From contig JACPAV010000016.1 of the NCBI GenBank assembly GCA_016180645.1, forward strand, positions 62,001 to 126,000: a stretch of 64,000 bases of DNA, read 5' to 3'. The position numbers and the translations under genes were made by a program. Position 1 is the stretch's first letter; every line of letters starts with the position of its first letter. The notes beneath the pieces were generated by a model. It saw nothing but the letters and a program-made list of their open reading frames with translations, was not told the DNA's origin and searched no databases. This document shows positions 46,679-56,707 of the stretch, in pieces. This stretch comes from Nitrospirota bacterium (lineage in GTDB: Bacteria; JACPQY01).

Positions 46679-48144
46679 CCCGCGCCGCCGAAACGTTTCG
46701 GTTCATCCGGGAGTTCTCCACCCGTAAGGTGCAGCTCAGCCTTCTGGTCTTTGCGCCCATTTTCCTGGCTCTCGTGACCGTGGCTCCCACGATCATCGTC
46801 TATAACTGGTTGGTCAGTTTCATCCCCACCCGGGTGGACGAGATCTACTCCGCCCCGCGCGTGGATCAGATCGTGGAACTTCTCAAGATGCTCCGATTCC
46901 TCATGCTCTCCGGCGCCGTCGTGGCCCTGATTTCCATTCCCCTGCTGGCCTTCTATGTCGTGAAACCCATACGCCGGATGATGGAGAATCTGCGGAAGGT
47001 GGCGCTGGGCGATCTCACGGTCGAGGCCGGTATGGACCGGTCCGACGAGTTGGGCGGACTCGGGGCCAGTTTCGACCGGATGATCCTCTCCCTCAACCGC
47101 TACATTCTCGAAAGCAGCCGGGGCGGCGTGTTCGTGGTGAACAGCGAAGGCGTGGTCACCACCTCCAACCCGGCCATGGAAATCATCCTCGGCATGAAGG
47201 CGGAGGATCTCGTCGGCCATGCCATCGAGGAGGCCTTTCGGCCGCTCGGGAACTATCGCGAACTGGTCAAAGTCATCCGCGGGGCCATCCAGTCCAAAAC
47301 GCCCCATGGAGAGCAGGAGGTCATCGTCGCCAGGCCGGACGGGCGCCAGGTCACGCTGAACCTTTCCACCTCTCTTCTCCGCGACCAAAACGGCATCCAG
47401 ATCGGTGTGATGGCCGCGATCAAGAACCTCTCGGAGATCCGCGACTTCCATGAACACCTCCGGCGGACGGAGAAGCTCGCGTCGCTCGGTACCCTGGCCG
47501 CGGGCGTGGCGCATGAGATCCGGAATCCCTTGGGGTCCATTCGTGGGCTGGCCCAGCTTCTCCGCGAGAGTCTCGAGGGCTCCTCGCAAAAACGGTACGC
47601 GGAAGTCATCGCCCAGGAAACGGACCGCTTGAACCGCGTGGTGGAAAGCCTCCTGAGTTTTGCGCGGCCCTCGGATTCCCTCCGGACGGACGTGGATGTC
47701 AACACCCTGCTTCGACGCGCCCTTCAACTGTGCGAATTCGAGCGTCTCAAGAAAAATATCCGCATGGTCGAGGACCTGGCCGCCGACCTACCGCCGGTTT
47801 CCGTCGATTCCGACCGCCTGGTCCAGGCGTTCCTCAACATTCTTCTCAATGCATGCCAAGCCATCGAGGGAGAGGGTGAAATCCGCGTCACCACGCTGAC
47901 CCCCGAACCCGGCCGCGGCAATGGAGAATTCGTCCGGGTGAGCATCGTCAACACCAATTCCCATATCTCTCCCGATCAGCTCGAACACATTTTCGACCCG
48001 TTCTTCACCACCAAGGAGAACGGTACGGGACTCGGCCTGTCCGTCACCCACCACATCATTCAAGAGAACCGCGGGAGCCTCCGGGCCTATAGTGAGAACC
48101 GGGAGACCGGTTTTGTCGTTGAGCTTCCGGCCTCAAAGAGTTAG
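46672..48144 (+). CDS. Membrane HAMP-PAS sensor histidine kinase
   Basis: 2 TM, HAMP (PIRRM..DELGGL), PAS, AHEIRNPL, NILLNA, PFFTTK, GTGLGL. Confidence 0.93.
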   Translation: MVTRAAETFRFIREFSTRKVQLSLLVFAPIFLALVTVAPTIIVYNWLVSFIPTRVDEIYSAPRVDQIVELLKMLRFLMLSGAVVALISIPLLAFYVVKPIRRMMENLRKVALGDLTVEAGMDRSDELGGLGASFDRMILSLNRYILESSRGGVFVVNSEGVVTTSNPAMEIILGMKAEDLVGHAIEEAFRPLGNYRELVKVIRGAIQSKTPHGEQEVIVARPDGRQVTLNLSTSLLRDQNGIQIGVMAAIKNLSEIRDFHEHLRRTEKLASLGTLAAGVAHEIRNPLGSIRGLAQLLRESLEGSSQKRYAEVIAQETDRLNRVVESLLSFARPSDSLRTDVDVNTLLRRALQLCEFERLKKNIRMVEDLAADLPPVSVDSDRLVQAFLNILLNACQAIEGEGEIRVTTLTPEPGRGNGEFVRVSIVNTNSHISPDQLEHIFDPFFTTKENGTGLGLSVTHHIIQENRGSLRAYSENRETGFVVELPASKS

Positions 48145-48176
48145 ACAAGAAGGCGGACACACCAGGATGGACACTC

Positions 48177-49574
48177 ATGGTTGAGCGCTCGGAAACGGAC
48201 CGGCCCAGAATTCTGGTCATCGACGATGACGAGAGCATGCGGTTCTTTATCGCCGAGGCGCTGTCGAAGGATGGATATCCCTACGACGTGGCGGTGAACG
48301 GCGAGGAGGCTCTCCGCAAGCTGAGCGGGAACGGCGGATTCGGCATCGCGCTGTTGGACGTCCGAATGCCGCAGATCAGCGGGCTCGACGTACTCAAGAA
48401 GGCGAAGGAGATCGATCCTGAACTCGTCGTCATCCTGATGACCGCTTACGATTCGCGGGACATCGCCATGGAGTCCATCCGGCGCGGGGCCTACGACTAT
48501 TTCACCAAACCCTTCGACCTCAACGAGATGCGGATCGTGGTGGGACGGGCCGCGGAGCGGATCCGGCTTCGAAAGGACATGGAGCTGTACAAGAAGGAAG
48601 TGGAAGCCTTCAAGGGGCAGACGCGGCTGATTGGGACGAGCCCGAAGGTGCGGGACGTCATGGATCTCGTCAAGCGCGTGAGCGACAACGACGTGACCGT
48701 GCTCGTCACCGGGGAGTCCGGCACGGGGAAGGAGCTGGTCGCGCGGATCATCCACGAATCCGGACTCCGGCGGTCGCGCCCCTTCGCAGCCGTCAACTGC
48801 GCCGCCATCCCCGAGAATCTTCTGGAGGAAGAGCTCTTCGGTCATGAAAAAGGCTCGTTCACCGGCGCGTTACAACAGAAAAAAGGAAAGATTGAACATG
48901 CCTCTGGAGGCACGCTGTTCCTCGACGAAATCGGAGACATGGGCCCGGCCATGCAGGCCAAGCTCCTCCGTTTCCTGCAGGAACGGGAGTTCGAACGGAT
49001 CGGCGGCGTCGACCCCATCCGGGCGGACGTCCGTGTCGTCGCCGCCACCAATCAGGATCTTCGAAAACGGGTCCAAGAGGGCGAATTCCGCGATGACCTC
49101 TACTGGCGCCTGAACGTCATTGCCATTCATCTTCCGCCCCTCCGGGATCGCACGGAGGACATCCCGGACATCGTCAATCACTTCCTGTCCCTCTACAGGG
49201 TCCGGCTCGCGCGCGAGTCCATCGAGAGGATCACACCGTCGGCGATGGACCTGCTCCTCGCCCACCTATGGCCGGGGAATGTCCGCGAACTCGAGAATGT
49301 GATCCAGAAGCTCGTGGTGTTGACGGATCGAAACGAAATTCAGCCGAGAGACGTCCAGCCTTTCCTCGCCCCGCCCTCGGAGAAGAAACCGGAGGGGCGA
49401 ACGCTGTTCGAGAAATTGGACGGCATCACCGGGGACGCTGAGAAAGAGATGATCCTTCAGGCCCTGGAACGCAACCGCTGGAGCCGCACCCGCACAGCGG
49501 ACGAACTCGGCATCTCGCGCAAGAGCCTCCACAACAAGATGAAGAAGTACGCGATCGCGACGGACACGGAGTAG
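48177..49574 (+). CDS. Sigma54-dependent response regulator (PilR/AtoC-like)
   Basis: Receiver, GESGTGKE, GSFTGA, LFLDEIGD, WPGNVREL, Fis HTH. Confidence 0.93.
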   Translation: MVERSETDRPRILVIDDDESMRFFIAEALSKDGYPYDVAVNGEEALRKLSGNGGFGIALLDVRMPQISGLDVLKKAKEIDPELVVILMTAYDSRDIAMESIRRGAYDYFTKPFDLNEMRIVVGRAAERIRLRKDMELYKKEVEAFKGQTRLIGTSPKVRDVMDLVKRVSDNDVTVLVTGESGTGKELVARIIHESGLRRSRPFAAVNCAAIPENLLEEELFGHEKGSFTGALQQKKGKIEHASGGTLFLDEIGDMGPAMQAKLLRFLQEREFERIGGVDPIRADVRVVAATNQDLRKRVQEGEFRDDLYWRLNVIAIHLPPLRDRTEDIPDIVNHFLSLYRVRLARESIERITPSAMDLLLAHLWPGNVRELENVIQKLVVLTDRNEIQPRDVQPFLAPPSEKKPEGRTLFEKLDGITGDAEKEMILQALERNRWSRTRTADELGISRKSLHNKMKKYAIATDTE

Positions 49575-49593
49575 GGGAGATCGGATGTAGGGA

Positions 49594-49727
49594 CGCGGGC
49601 TGAAGCCCCATGCCACGGAGGGTATGGGACCATGATATGTCGCCGCACCACGGATGGTGCGGCATGTAACATGGCCCGCGGCTACCAAGAACGTGAATCC
49701 CCGGTAGGCGCAGGCTTTATGCCTGCG
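49594..49727. repeat. GTAG-type REPs, one interrupted by 67-bp MITE copy 3 (49608-49674)
   Basis: CGCGGGCTGAAGCC[insert]CGCGGCTAC and GTAGGCGCAGGCTTTATGCCTGCG. Confidence 0.85.
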
Positions 49728-51304
49728 TCCGCGTGATCGGGCCTCCGCGGCAGCGTGAAGTAGAACGTCGCCCCCTCACCCACCGTTCCCTCAGTCCACA
49801 CCCGCCCGCCATGCCGATGGATGATTCTTCGCACAAGCGCCAATCCGATCCCCAACCCGGGAAATTCCTCCACCTTGTGGAGTCTCTGAAACACCCCGAA
49901 AAGTCGGTCCGCGTACTTCATGTCGAAGCCGGCGCCGTTGTCGCGCACATGGAAGACAAGCTCAGCTTGCCCTGCCCGACATCCCAACTCTACGACGGCA
50001 CGCTCCTTCGCGGCGGTGAATTTCACGGCGTTCCCCAGCAAGTTCGTCAGGACCACCCGAATCATTTCAGCATCCGCCTCCACCATCGGCACGGCATCCA
50101 CCTTCCATTCGATCGAGCGATTCAGGGCGCCGGCGCTCAATTCACCGATGACCTCTCGTGCAAGCGCATCCAGCCGAACACCTGCCCTCCTCATCTCCGT
50201 TCGTCCCATCCGGGAGAACTCAAGCAGGTCGGCAATGAGCTGCTTCATGCGATCGGCCCCTTCGGCAATGACCCTCATATACCGCCGGGTGTCGGGCGTC
50301 GATTCTTCGGGCAATGCCTCCTGCAGGAGGCTTACGAATTCCCGCACGTGACGTAGCGGCGCTTGGAGGTCGTGGGAAACGGAGTAGCTGAAACTCTCCA
50401 GTTCGGCGTTCACCGCCTCCAACTCGCGCGATTTCCGGATCAGGTCCTCCGCGACTTTCTCGCGCTCCAATCGGAGACGCCTGACCGTACCGGCTGTCCA
50501 CCACACTAACGCCCCAAGCACAATGACACTCGCCACCACCACCAGACCGAGTCCGAAATGCCAGTCGTACCAGCCGGCCCTCGCGCCGGTCCGAACCGCC
50601 CGTCCCAGAAGGAGGGGAACGAGAAAGGACCCGATAAGGAGACGTCGGGCCATCACCCCCTCCTCGGAGGAGCTCGAAATTCTTCTCATGATCCCGCGAT
50701 TCGGCCTGGCGCATAGGATTCCCGCATCCAAGAGCAGAAAGGCCACCGCCGTGTTCAGGGCCATCGGAATGTAGGAAGTAATCCCGTACATCCCACGAAC
50801 GCCGTATGCGTATCCCACCACGGCCAGAGTGGAAACAAGCCCGGAGAGCAGAGGCAGCGCCTGGGCCGGCCTCCGGCCGCGCCGCGTTTCAATGTCGATG
50901 AAGAGCAAGGCCATCCCCTGGAGAAGGAAGTTCATGGCGGTGTTCGGAGCCATCCGGTTCGGCAGGGTGTAGGCCGCCAGTTTGTCCGTGAACAGAACCT
51001 GATCGATCCCAAAATCCATCCCCAGGAGATTCATGACCTTCATGACCGCGATTAGAATCGTTCCGCCGGCAAGGATGGCGACGAAGCTCCGCCGGCGGCC
51101 GGTGCAAGATTCCGCGCCGGCAAGGAGAAGCGCAGTCCCGACAAGTCCGAAGGCCACCGCCGTCATCGGATTCATGGCCACGAATCCGGGGACGACGCTC
51201 TTGAGAATTTCGGAATCGAGGATCCAGCCGAGGAGCGCGAGGGCCCCCGCCGTGATCCCGACCATCGCCGTGAGGCCGGAAAACCACAGAAACATCCGCT
51301 CCAC
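49682..51304 (-). CDS. Multi-TM sensor histidine kinase
   Basis: About 8 TM (MNPMTA, RMAPNTA, MALNTA), FSYSVSHDL, NLLGNAVKF, DNGAGF, FQRLH, GLGIGL; start (GTG 51304 or ATG 51295) placed after the MFS stop. Confidence 0.88.
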   Translation of the reverse strand: MERMFLWFSGLTAMVGITAGALALLGWILDSEILKSVVPGFVAMNPMTAVAFGLVGTALLLAGAESCTGRRRSFVAILAGGTILIAVMKVMNLLGMDFGIDQVLFTDKLAAYTLPNRMAPNTAMNFLLQGMALLFIDIETRRGRRPAQALPLLSGLVSTLAVVGYAYGVRGMYGITSYIPMALNTAVAFLLLDAGILCARPNRGIMRRISSSSEEGVMARRLLIGSFLVPLLLGRAVRTGARAGWYDWHFGLGLVVVASVIVLGALVWWTAGTVRRLRLEREKVAEDLIRKSRELEAVNAELESFSYSVSHDLQAPLRHVREFVSLLQEALPEESTPDTRRYMRVIAEGADRMKQLIADLLEFSRMGRTEMRRAGVRLDALAREVIGELSAGALNRSIEWKVDAVPMVEADAEMIRVVLTNLLGNAVKFTAAKERAVVELGCRAGQAELVFHVRDNGAGFDMKYADRLFGVFQRLHKVEEFPGLGIGLALVRRIIHRHGGRVWTEGTVGEGATFYFTLPRRPDHADAGIKPAPTGDSRSW

Positions 51305-51309
51305 GGGAA

Positions 51310-52620
51310 TCAGGTCGGCCTCCCCTTGATTCGCAGTGTGGCCACCCAGCCGAGCGCCGCCACCAGGCTGAAAAAGGAACCGACGGCAAAAGTCCAACGG
51401 GCAGTTTGAGTCGTGTCCCAAAGGTACCCCCCAAGAAGACTCGCCAGGATCAGACCCGCTCCCTCCACGGCGCCGATCCAGCCGAAGGCACGGCCCCGAT
51501 GGTTCGGCGGGACCCAATCCGCCACAACGGCACGGCTCGCTCCTTCCGTCAGTCCGAAGAAGAAACCGTACAGCACAAGAAGACCCAGTACAGCACCGGG
51601 ACCATCCGCCACGGCGAACCCCGCGTACACGGATCCGTAGAGGAACCACCCCACCACGAGAAGTCGGCGACGGCCCCATCGGTCGGACAGACGGCCGCCC
51701 CAAAGGTTCGTGGCGGCCTTGACAAGGTGCAGGCCCGCCCAGAGGAGCGGAAGGTGCGCATCCTTGAAACCCAGCTCTCGGGCGCGAAGCAGCAGGAAGG
51801 CATCGGTCGATCCCGCGAGCGCGAAGAAGAAAAGGCATGGAACGTACCACTTCAGAGGATCGGGGAATCGCCAAGCCGCTTTCTCACCCCCACCCGCGCC
51901 CCCTGGCCGAGGACGGCCTGGGGGGAATACAGGGAGACGGTGCGATTCTCCTTTCCCTTCCCCGCTTGAGGGGGAAGGTAGGGATGGGGGGTGCTCTACG
52001 GATGCGTCGCCCCTGCGCAGGCGGTCCGAATTTTCCCGGACAAATAGCAGGATGATAAACAGCGCGAGCACTCCGGGGATCGCGGACGCCTTGATCACAC
52101 CGGCCACGTCCATTTTCAGAATGCTCAACAGCAGAAAGGCCAGAAGACCGCCACCCACGGCGCCCAAGTGGTCCATGGCCCGCGTGTAGCCGAAGGCCCG
52201 CCCGCGGGAATCCGCGTCCGCCAGATCGGACACCAGTGCATCCCGAGGCGCCCCCCGAAATCCCTTTCCGATTTTGTCGATCAGTCGGAGTCCCAGCACC
52301 TGGGGCACGGTCGCAGCCAGACCGATCAGCGGCTTGGCAACCGAGGAAACGCCATAGCCACCGAGGATGATGGGGACGCGGCTGCGAACGCGATCCGAGA
52401 GGTGGCCGGCGAAATAGCGGACCATGAGCGGAATGCCCTCGGCCAGCCCTTCGATGATCCCCACCACGAGTTTTCCGGCGCCGAGATGGACCGTGATGAA
52501 CAGAGGAAGGATGGGGTAGATCATTTCGCTGCCCAGGTCCGTGAAAAGACTCACCCAGCCGGTGGCGAGAATGACACGGTGCAACCGGGGCCGGAGGGAG
52601 CGGCCGAAGGGGGTGCCCAT
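51310..52620 (-). CDS. MFS transporter with in-frame repeat in the central loop
   Basis: VSLFTDLGSEMIYP, GHLSDR, GKGFRGAPRDAL, GRAFGY, GRLSDRWGRR. Confidence 0.92.
   Translation of the reverse strand: MGTPFGRSLRPRLHRVILATGWVSLFTDLGSEMIYPILPLFITVHLGAGKLVVGIIEGLAEGIPLMVRYFAGHLSDRVRSRVPIILGGYGVSSVAKPLIGLAATVPQVLGLRLIDKIGKGFRGAPRDALVSDLADADSRGRAFGYTRAMDHLGAVGGGLLAFLLLSILKMDVAGVIKASAIPGVLALFIILLFVRENSDRLRRGDASVEHPPSLPSPSSGEGKGESHRLPVFPPGRPRPGGAGGGEKAAWRFPDPLKWYVPCLFFFALAGSTDAFLLLRARELGFKDAHLPLLWAGLHLVKAATNLWGGRLSDRWGRRRLLVVGWFLYGSVYAGFAVADGPGAVLGLLVLYGFFFGLTEGASRAVVADWVPPNHRGRAFGWIGAVEGAGLILASLLGGYLWDTTQTARWTFAVGSFFSLVAALGWVATLRIKGRPT
51884..51993. repeat. Double-hairpin palindromic element in frame in the MFS gene
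   Basis: Encodes HPPSLPSPSSGEG...GGAGGGE; the second hairpin is replaced by a GGCCGAGGACGGCC hairpin. Confidence 0.85.
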
Positions 52621-52702
52621 GACTGGGTGGCAGGATATCACAAATCCCTTGCAGCGCTTGGCCACTCGGCTAGAATCGGTCCGGCATGGGAGTCCCACAC
52701 CG

Positions 52703-54046
52703 ATGGCGCTGATACACCCCGACGGAAAATTCAGGCAGCGGTGGGACTTCGTCGTGATTGTCGCCACCGTCGTCTCCTCGGTTGAAATCCCCTTGCGGAT
52801 CACGCTGAACTATCCCCTCAAGGGCTGGTTGGTTCCCTACGACTACGTCGTCACGCTCATCTTCTTGGCAGACGTCGTTGTCAACTTTCTGACTCAGCAG
52901 TACGACAAGAAGAAACTCATTTCCGATCCCAAGGTGATCGCCGGGCGCTACCTGCGCGGGTGGTTTGTGGTTGATTTCCTTTCTGCCGTACCATTCGACC
53001 TTCTGTTTTCCGGTGTCGCGGCCGCGGGTTCCAATCGAATCCTGCGTCTCCTCCGCATCACCCGTCTGCTTCGGCTGACACGGCTGGCGGCCTTTCTAAG
53101 CAAATGGGGCCGGGGGAGTTCGATCAACCCCGCCATTCTTCGAATGTTTTATCTCGTGTTTTGGATCCTGATGACGTCCCACTTCGTGGCCTGCCTCTGG
53201 ATCTACTTCGGCTCGGGAAACGCCGTCAATACGAACACCGACTACGCTCCGACGGACAATCTCCGAAACTACGTCCGGGCTCTCTACTGGGTGACCACCA
53301 CGCTCACCACGATCGGCTATGGGGATATAACGCCCGTCAACAACCGCCAGACCGTCTTCACCATGATCATCCAGTTGATGGGCGCCGGCATGTACGGCTT
53401 CGTCATCGGTAACATTGCCAACCTGATCGCCAACATCGACATTGCCAAGTCCCAGTTCCGCGAGCGCATGGAGAAAATCGAGACCTTCATGCGGTACAAG
53501 GCCGTTCCCCCGGAAACGCAGGATCGGGTCCGTGAATACTACAACTACCTGTGGGAATCGCGCCGGGGGTATGACGAATTTTCCATCGTCAACGATTTCC
53601 CCACTCCGCTCCGCACGGAAATTCTGCTTTTCCTCAACCGGAGCATGATCGAGAAGGTCCCCATCTTCAAAGGCGCCACTCCGGATTTCGTTCGTGAAAT
53701 CGTGCTCAACCTGAAGCCGGTGGTGTTTTCCCCATCCGAGTTTGTCTTTCGCAAAGGAGATATCGGCTACAACATGTACTTCATCAGCCGTGGAGGGGTG
53801 GAAGTGACCTCAGAGGACGGGAAAACCATCTACGCAACCCTGCGGGAGGGAAATTTCTTCGGTGAGATCGCCCTCCTCCTCAGCATGCCGCGCACGGCCA
53901 GCATACGCGCAATCGAATTTACCGACCTCTACGAACTCGACAAGGACACCTTCGACCGCGTTCTCGGTCGATTTCCGGACTTTGAGAAGCACATGCGGGA
54001 ACTGGCGCGCCAGCGTCAGGAGGAGATGCAGAAGGACAAGAAGTAG
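52703..54046 (+). CDS. Cyclic-nucleotide-gated 6-TM potassium channel (SthK/LliK-like)
   Basis: S4 RILRLLRITRLLRLTR, filter TTIGYGD, C-linker, CNBD FFGEIALL..PRTA; GGGAG RBS and TAGAAT upstream. Confidence 0.93.
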   Translation: MALIHPDGKFRQRWDFVVIVATVVSSVEIPLRITLNYPLKGWLVPYDYVVTLIFLADVVVNFLTQQYDKKKLISDPKVIAGRYLRGWFVVDFLSAVPFDLLFSGVAAAGSNRILRLLRITRLLRLTRLAAFLSKWGRGSSINPAILRMFYLVFWILMTSHFVACLWIYFGSGNAVNTNTDYAPTDNLRNYVRALYWVTTTLTTIGYGDITPVNNRQTVFTMIIQLMGAGMYGFVIGNIANLIANIDIAKSQFRERMEKIETFMRYKAVPPETQDRVREYYNYLWESRRGYDEFSIVNDFPTPLRTEILLFLNRSMIEKVPIFKGATPDFVREIVLNLKPVVFSPSEFVFRKGDIGYNMYFISRGGVEVTSEDGKTIYATLREGNFFGEIALLLSMPRTASIRAIEFTDLYELDKDTFDRVLGRFPDFEKHMRELARQRQEEMQKDKK

Positions 54047-54066
54047 TGCGTTTCTCCTTGATCCTG

Positions 54067-54119
54067 GTAGCCGCGGACTTTAGTCCGCGAGTCGGACGCA
54101 GCCTGAAGGCTGCGGCTAC
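54067..54119. repeat. GTAG-type REP doublet
   Basis: GTAGCCGCGGACTTTAGTCCGCG..CGCAGCCTGAAGGCTGCGGCTAC. Confidence 0.88.
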
Positions 54120-54144
54120 CTGTCCGTCGATCAGGACATCCGGA

Positions 54145-54173
54145 TTGACATGGTCATAATATCCGGATAATCT
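54145..54173 (+). promoter_or_regulatory. Sigma70 promoter giving a leaderless mRNA
   Basis: TTGACA-N17-TAATCT-N6-ATG. Confidence 0.7.
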
Positions 54174-54179
54174 TCCCAT

Positions 54180-55322
54180 ATGGGTAAGATTGTAAAAAGG
54201 CTGTTCTCTCTGAATCTTCCCGGTGGGAAGTCTGCCTTCTTGTGGGGTCCCCGAAAGGTCGGCAAGACCTACTGGATCACCCATTCCCTTCCCGGGGTTC
54301 CCGTCGTGGACCTGCTCCAAACGGATGTTTTTGCCGAATACGCATCGCGCCCCTCTCTCCTCCGCGAGCGGTTTGGGAGTCACACGGGGCTCGTCGTGAT
54401 CGATGAAGTCCAGAAAATCCCCGCCCTCCTGGATGAAGTGCACGGACTTATGGCCCACCGCGGCATGTCCTTCTTGCTCTGCGGCTCCAGCGCCAGGAAA
54501 CTGAAGCGGGGACACGCGAACCTCCTGGGGGGCCGGGCATGGCGGAGGACGATGGCACCCCTGTCCTGTATGGAAGTCGAAGGATTCGATCTGGCGGCGG
54601 CGATGACGTCAGGACTTCTCCCGCCGCACTTTCTATCCCCTTCCCCCGAGGAAGATCTTCGCGCATACATCGCCGACTATCTGAAGGAAGAGATAGCCGC
54701 GGAGGCCCTCACCCAAAATATCCCGGCCTTCTCTGAATTTCTGCGCGTCGCGGCGCTGACCTCCAGCGAACTTCTGAATTACACCAACATTGGACGGGAG
54801 ACCGGAGTGTCCCAGAAGATCGTGCGAAACTATTTCGAGATTCTGGAGGATACCCACCTGGGCTTCAGGGTTCCTCCTTGGAGAAAATCCAGGACGCGAC
54901 GGATGATTCAGACGGAAAAGTTCTACCTCTTCGATGTTGGGGTCGCCAACTACCTCTCGCGCCGGACACCCCGCCTGGGCAGTCCGGATTTCGGAAAATC
55001 CTTCGAGCACTACATTCTCATGGAGATTCGTGCGTATCAGGCCTATCGCCAGCCGGATCTTCCCATCGCCTATTGGCGGACCAGCACGGGGCAGGAAGTC
55101 GACTTCATCCTCGGCGAGAAGGATCTTGCGATCGAAATCAAGGGATCGAGCCGCGTGCACGAAGGGGATCTCCGATCCTTGCGCGCGTTCTCGGAGGACG
55201 GTCCTGCTCGCCGCACCGTGGTGGTATGCATGGAAAGGGAATCGAGGCGCGTTACGCCACGCATCGAGATCCTTCCTTGGAGGATGTTCGTTCAGAGACT
55301 GTGGGCAGGGGACTTCCTGTAG
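54180..55322 (+). CDS. AAA_14 ATPase with DUF4143 / PD-(D/E)XK-like C-terminus
   Basis: GPRKVGKT, IDEVQK, GSSARKL, KFYLFDVG, FE, EVDF..AIEIK. Confidence 0.9.
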   Translation: MGKIVKRLFSLNLPGGKSAFLWGPRKVGKTYWITHSLPGVPVVDLLQTDVFAEYASRPSLLRERFGSHTGLVVIDEVQKIPALLDEVHGLMAHRGMSFLLCGSSARKLKRGHANLLGGRAWRRTMAPLSCMEVEGFDLAAAMTSGLLPPHFLSPSPEEDLRAYIADYLKEEIAAEALTQNIPAFSEFLRVAALTSSELLNYTNIGRETGVSQKIVRNYFEILEDTHLGFRVPPWRKSRTRRMIQTEKFYLFDVGVANYLSRRTPRLGSPDFGKSFEHYILMEIRAYQAYRQPDLPIAYWRTSTGQEVDFILGEKDLAIEIKGSSRVHEGDLRSLRAFSEDGPARRTVVVCMERESRRVTPRIEILPWRMFVQRLWAGDFL

Positions 55323-55352
55323 GGAACCCTGCCGGCCCAGGAAATCTGCCTC

Positions 55353-55979
55353 CTACGGCAAATTCAACGAACCCCGAATCGCGCTCAAGGTTTCTGCCGG
55401 AGGGGTATGCAGGCCCTCAGATTGGTGGACGATTTCGCCCTTGGCGTTCAACACCGAGATCTTGTTGCTATGCGCGAAGTCCTTCTCTCCCATCCTGCGG
55501 ATCTGGATGCCAAGGAGAGCTTCCAGCTCCAGCGTCTGGGCGGGCGGGCCTGTCAAGAACACCCAGGTTTTCACGGCGGAGCCGTTCTTCTTCTTGAATT
55601 CCGAAAGGCGGGCCGGCGTGTCGCGTTCCGGATCGACGGTCACGATCACGAAACGGACCCGGGATCGCTCCTTCTCGGTGAGGGAACGCGAAATGCGTTT
55701 GGCATCCTCGATCAGAATCGGGCAGGCCGACTCGCAATGCGTGTAGAGCATGAGGAGCACTACGGGTTTGCCCTCGAAGGATCGGAGCGTGACCGACTCC
55801 CCCTTTTCGTTGGTCCACTCCCCTTCCAGCCAAAAGACCGACTTGTCCGTCGGGGTCCCTCCGGCCGCCTCTCCGTGATGATGCGGGTGGGCCTCGTCAT
55901 CCGCCGAGGTCCCGGGGGCAGCCGCGCCGGTGCACACCACGGCGACGACGAGCGAGAGGGCTACTCGTCTTTCGCGCAT
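55353..55979 (-). CDS. SCO1/SenC copper chaperone
   Basis: Signal peptide, His-rich HPHHH, CESAC, VDPERDT, AHS. Confidence 0.9.
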   Translation of the reverse strand: MRERRVALSLVVAVVCTGAAAPGTSADDEAHPHHHGEAAGGTPTDKSVFWLEGEWTNEKGESVTLRSFEGKPVVLLMLYTHCESACPILIEDAKRISRSLTEKERSRVRFVIVTVDPERDTPARLSEFKKKNGSAVKTWVFLTGPPAQTLELEALLGIQIRRMGEKDFAHSNKISVLNAKGEIVHQSEGLHTPPAETLSAIRGSLNLP

Positions 55980-56698
55980 CGGAAGCCGAGATTGTGAGTC
56001 CCGTACGACGCCTTCAAGCTGGAACGGAATGCGTAGCGCATGAAGGCGGCGTAGTCCGCCTTGTCCACGGCCTCCGAGGATGCCCCGCCGCAGTACAGAT
56101 TTCGATCCTTGTCCGCATCCGATCGATTGTCGCCGCTGAGAAGGCTGGCGTTGAAATCCTCAACCCATTCCCAGAGACGATGGAAGTCGTGCAGGCCGAG
56201 GGCGTTCGAGGGGCCGGAGGCCACCTCCGCAAGCGGGCCCTCGTGCGGCATGGCGTACCAGCGAAGAACTTCATCGCGAGCGGCAGGATCTCCACCCGAG
56301 CCGGCCGATGCCGCATATTCCCATTCCATGGCCGTCGGCAACCTCTTCCCTTGGGCCGCACAGTAGGCCCTCGCCGCAAACCAGGACACCTGCGTAGCAG
56401 GCCGTCGTTCGGCCCCTGTGGGGATGGACACGTCGGTCACCCACTCGCGGAGGTAGTGCGTGTCACGAAACACGGACGGGGCGCGGTTCCGACTCCAGCG
56501 CGGATTCGCGAGCACGAACTTCAGGAAATCGCCGTGCGTCACGGGAACCCGATCCAATAGGAACGATGGGATGCGAACCGACTCGATCGTCGTTTCCGGT
56601 CGGTAGAGTGGTGTGAACGTGCCGCCCGGAACGGGGGCCATGTCGGGGGCCACGAGTTCTGCCGCAGCAAGAAGAATCGCAAGCCACAGCTTCGACAT
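55961..56698 (-). CDS. Formylglycine-generating-enzyme family protein (NirV-like)
   Basis: VSWFAARAYC, RLPT..EWEYAA, WEW, LGFRC; directly downstream of nirK. Confidence 0.88.
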   Translation of the reverse strand: MSKLWLAILLAAAELVAPDMAPVPGGTFTPLYRPETTIESVRIPSFLLDRVPVTHGDFLKFVLANPRWSRNRAPSVFRDTHYLREWVTDVSIPTGAERRPATQVSWFAARAYCAAQGKRLPTAMEWEYAASAGSGGDPAARDEVLRWYAMPHEGPLAEVASGPSNALGLHDFHRLWEWVEDFNASLLSGDNRSDADKDRNLYCGGASSEAVDKADYAAFMRYAFRSSLKASYGTHNLGFRCAKDE

Positions 56699-56707
56699 CG
56701 AAGAGTC

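Noticed and set aside
51305-51874. 5' extension of the 730-aa kinase ORF
   Set aside because: It overlaps the MFS gene in another frame; kinase-like sequence begins after the MFS stop.
54180-55322. DUF4143 ATPase as a new defence system
   Set aside because: Common stand-alone family with no partner genes here; nothing in the window supports a function.
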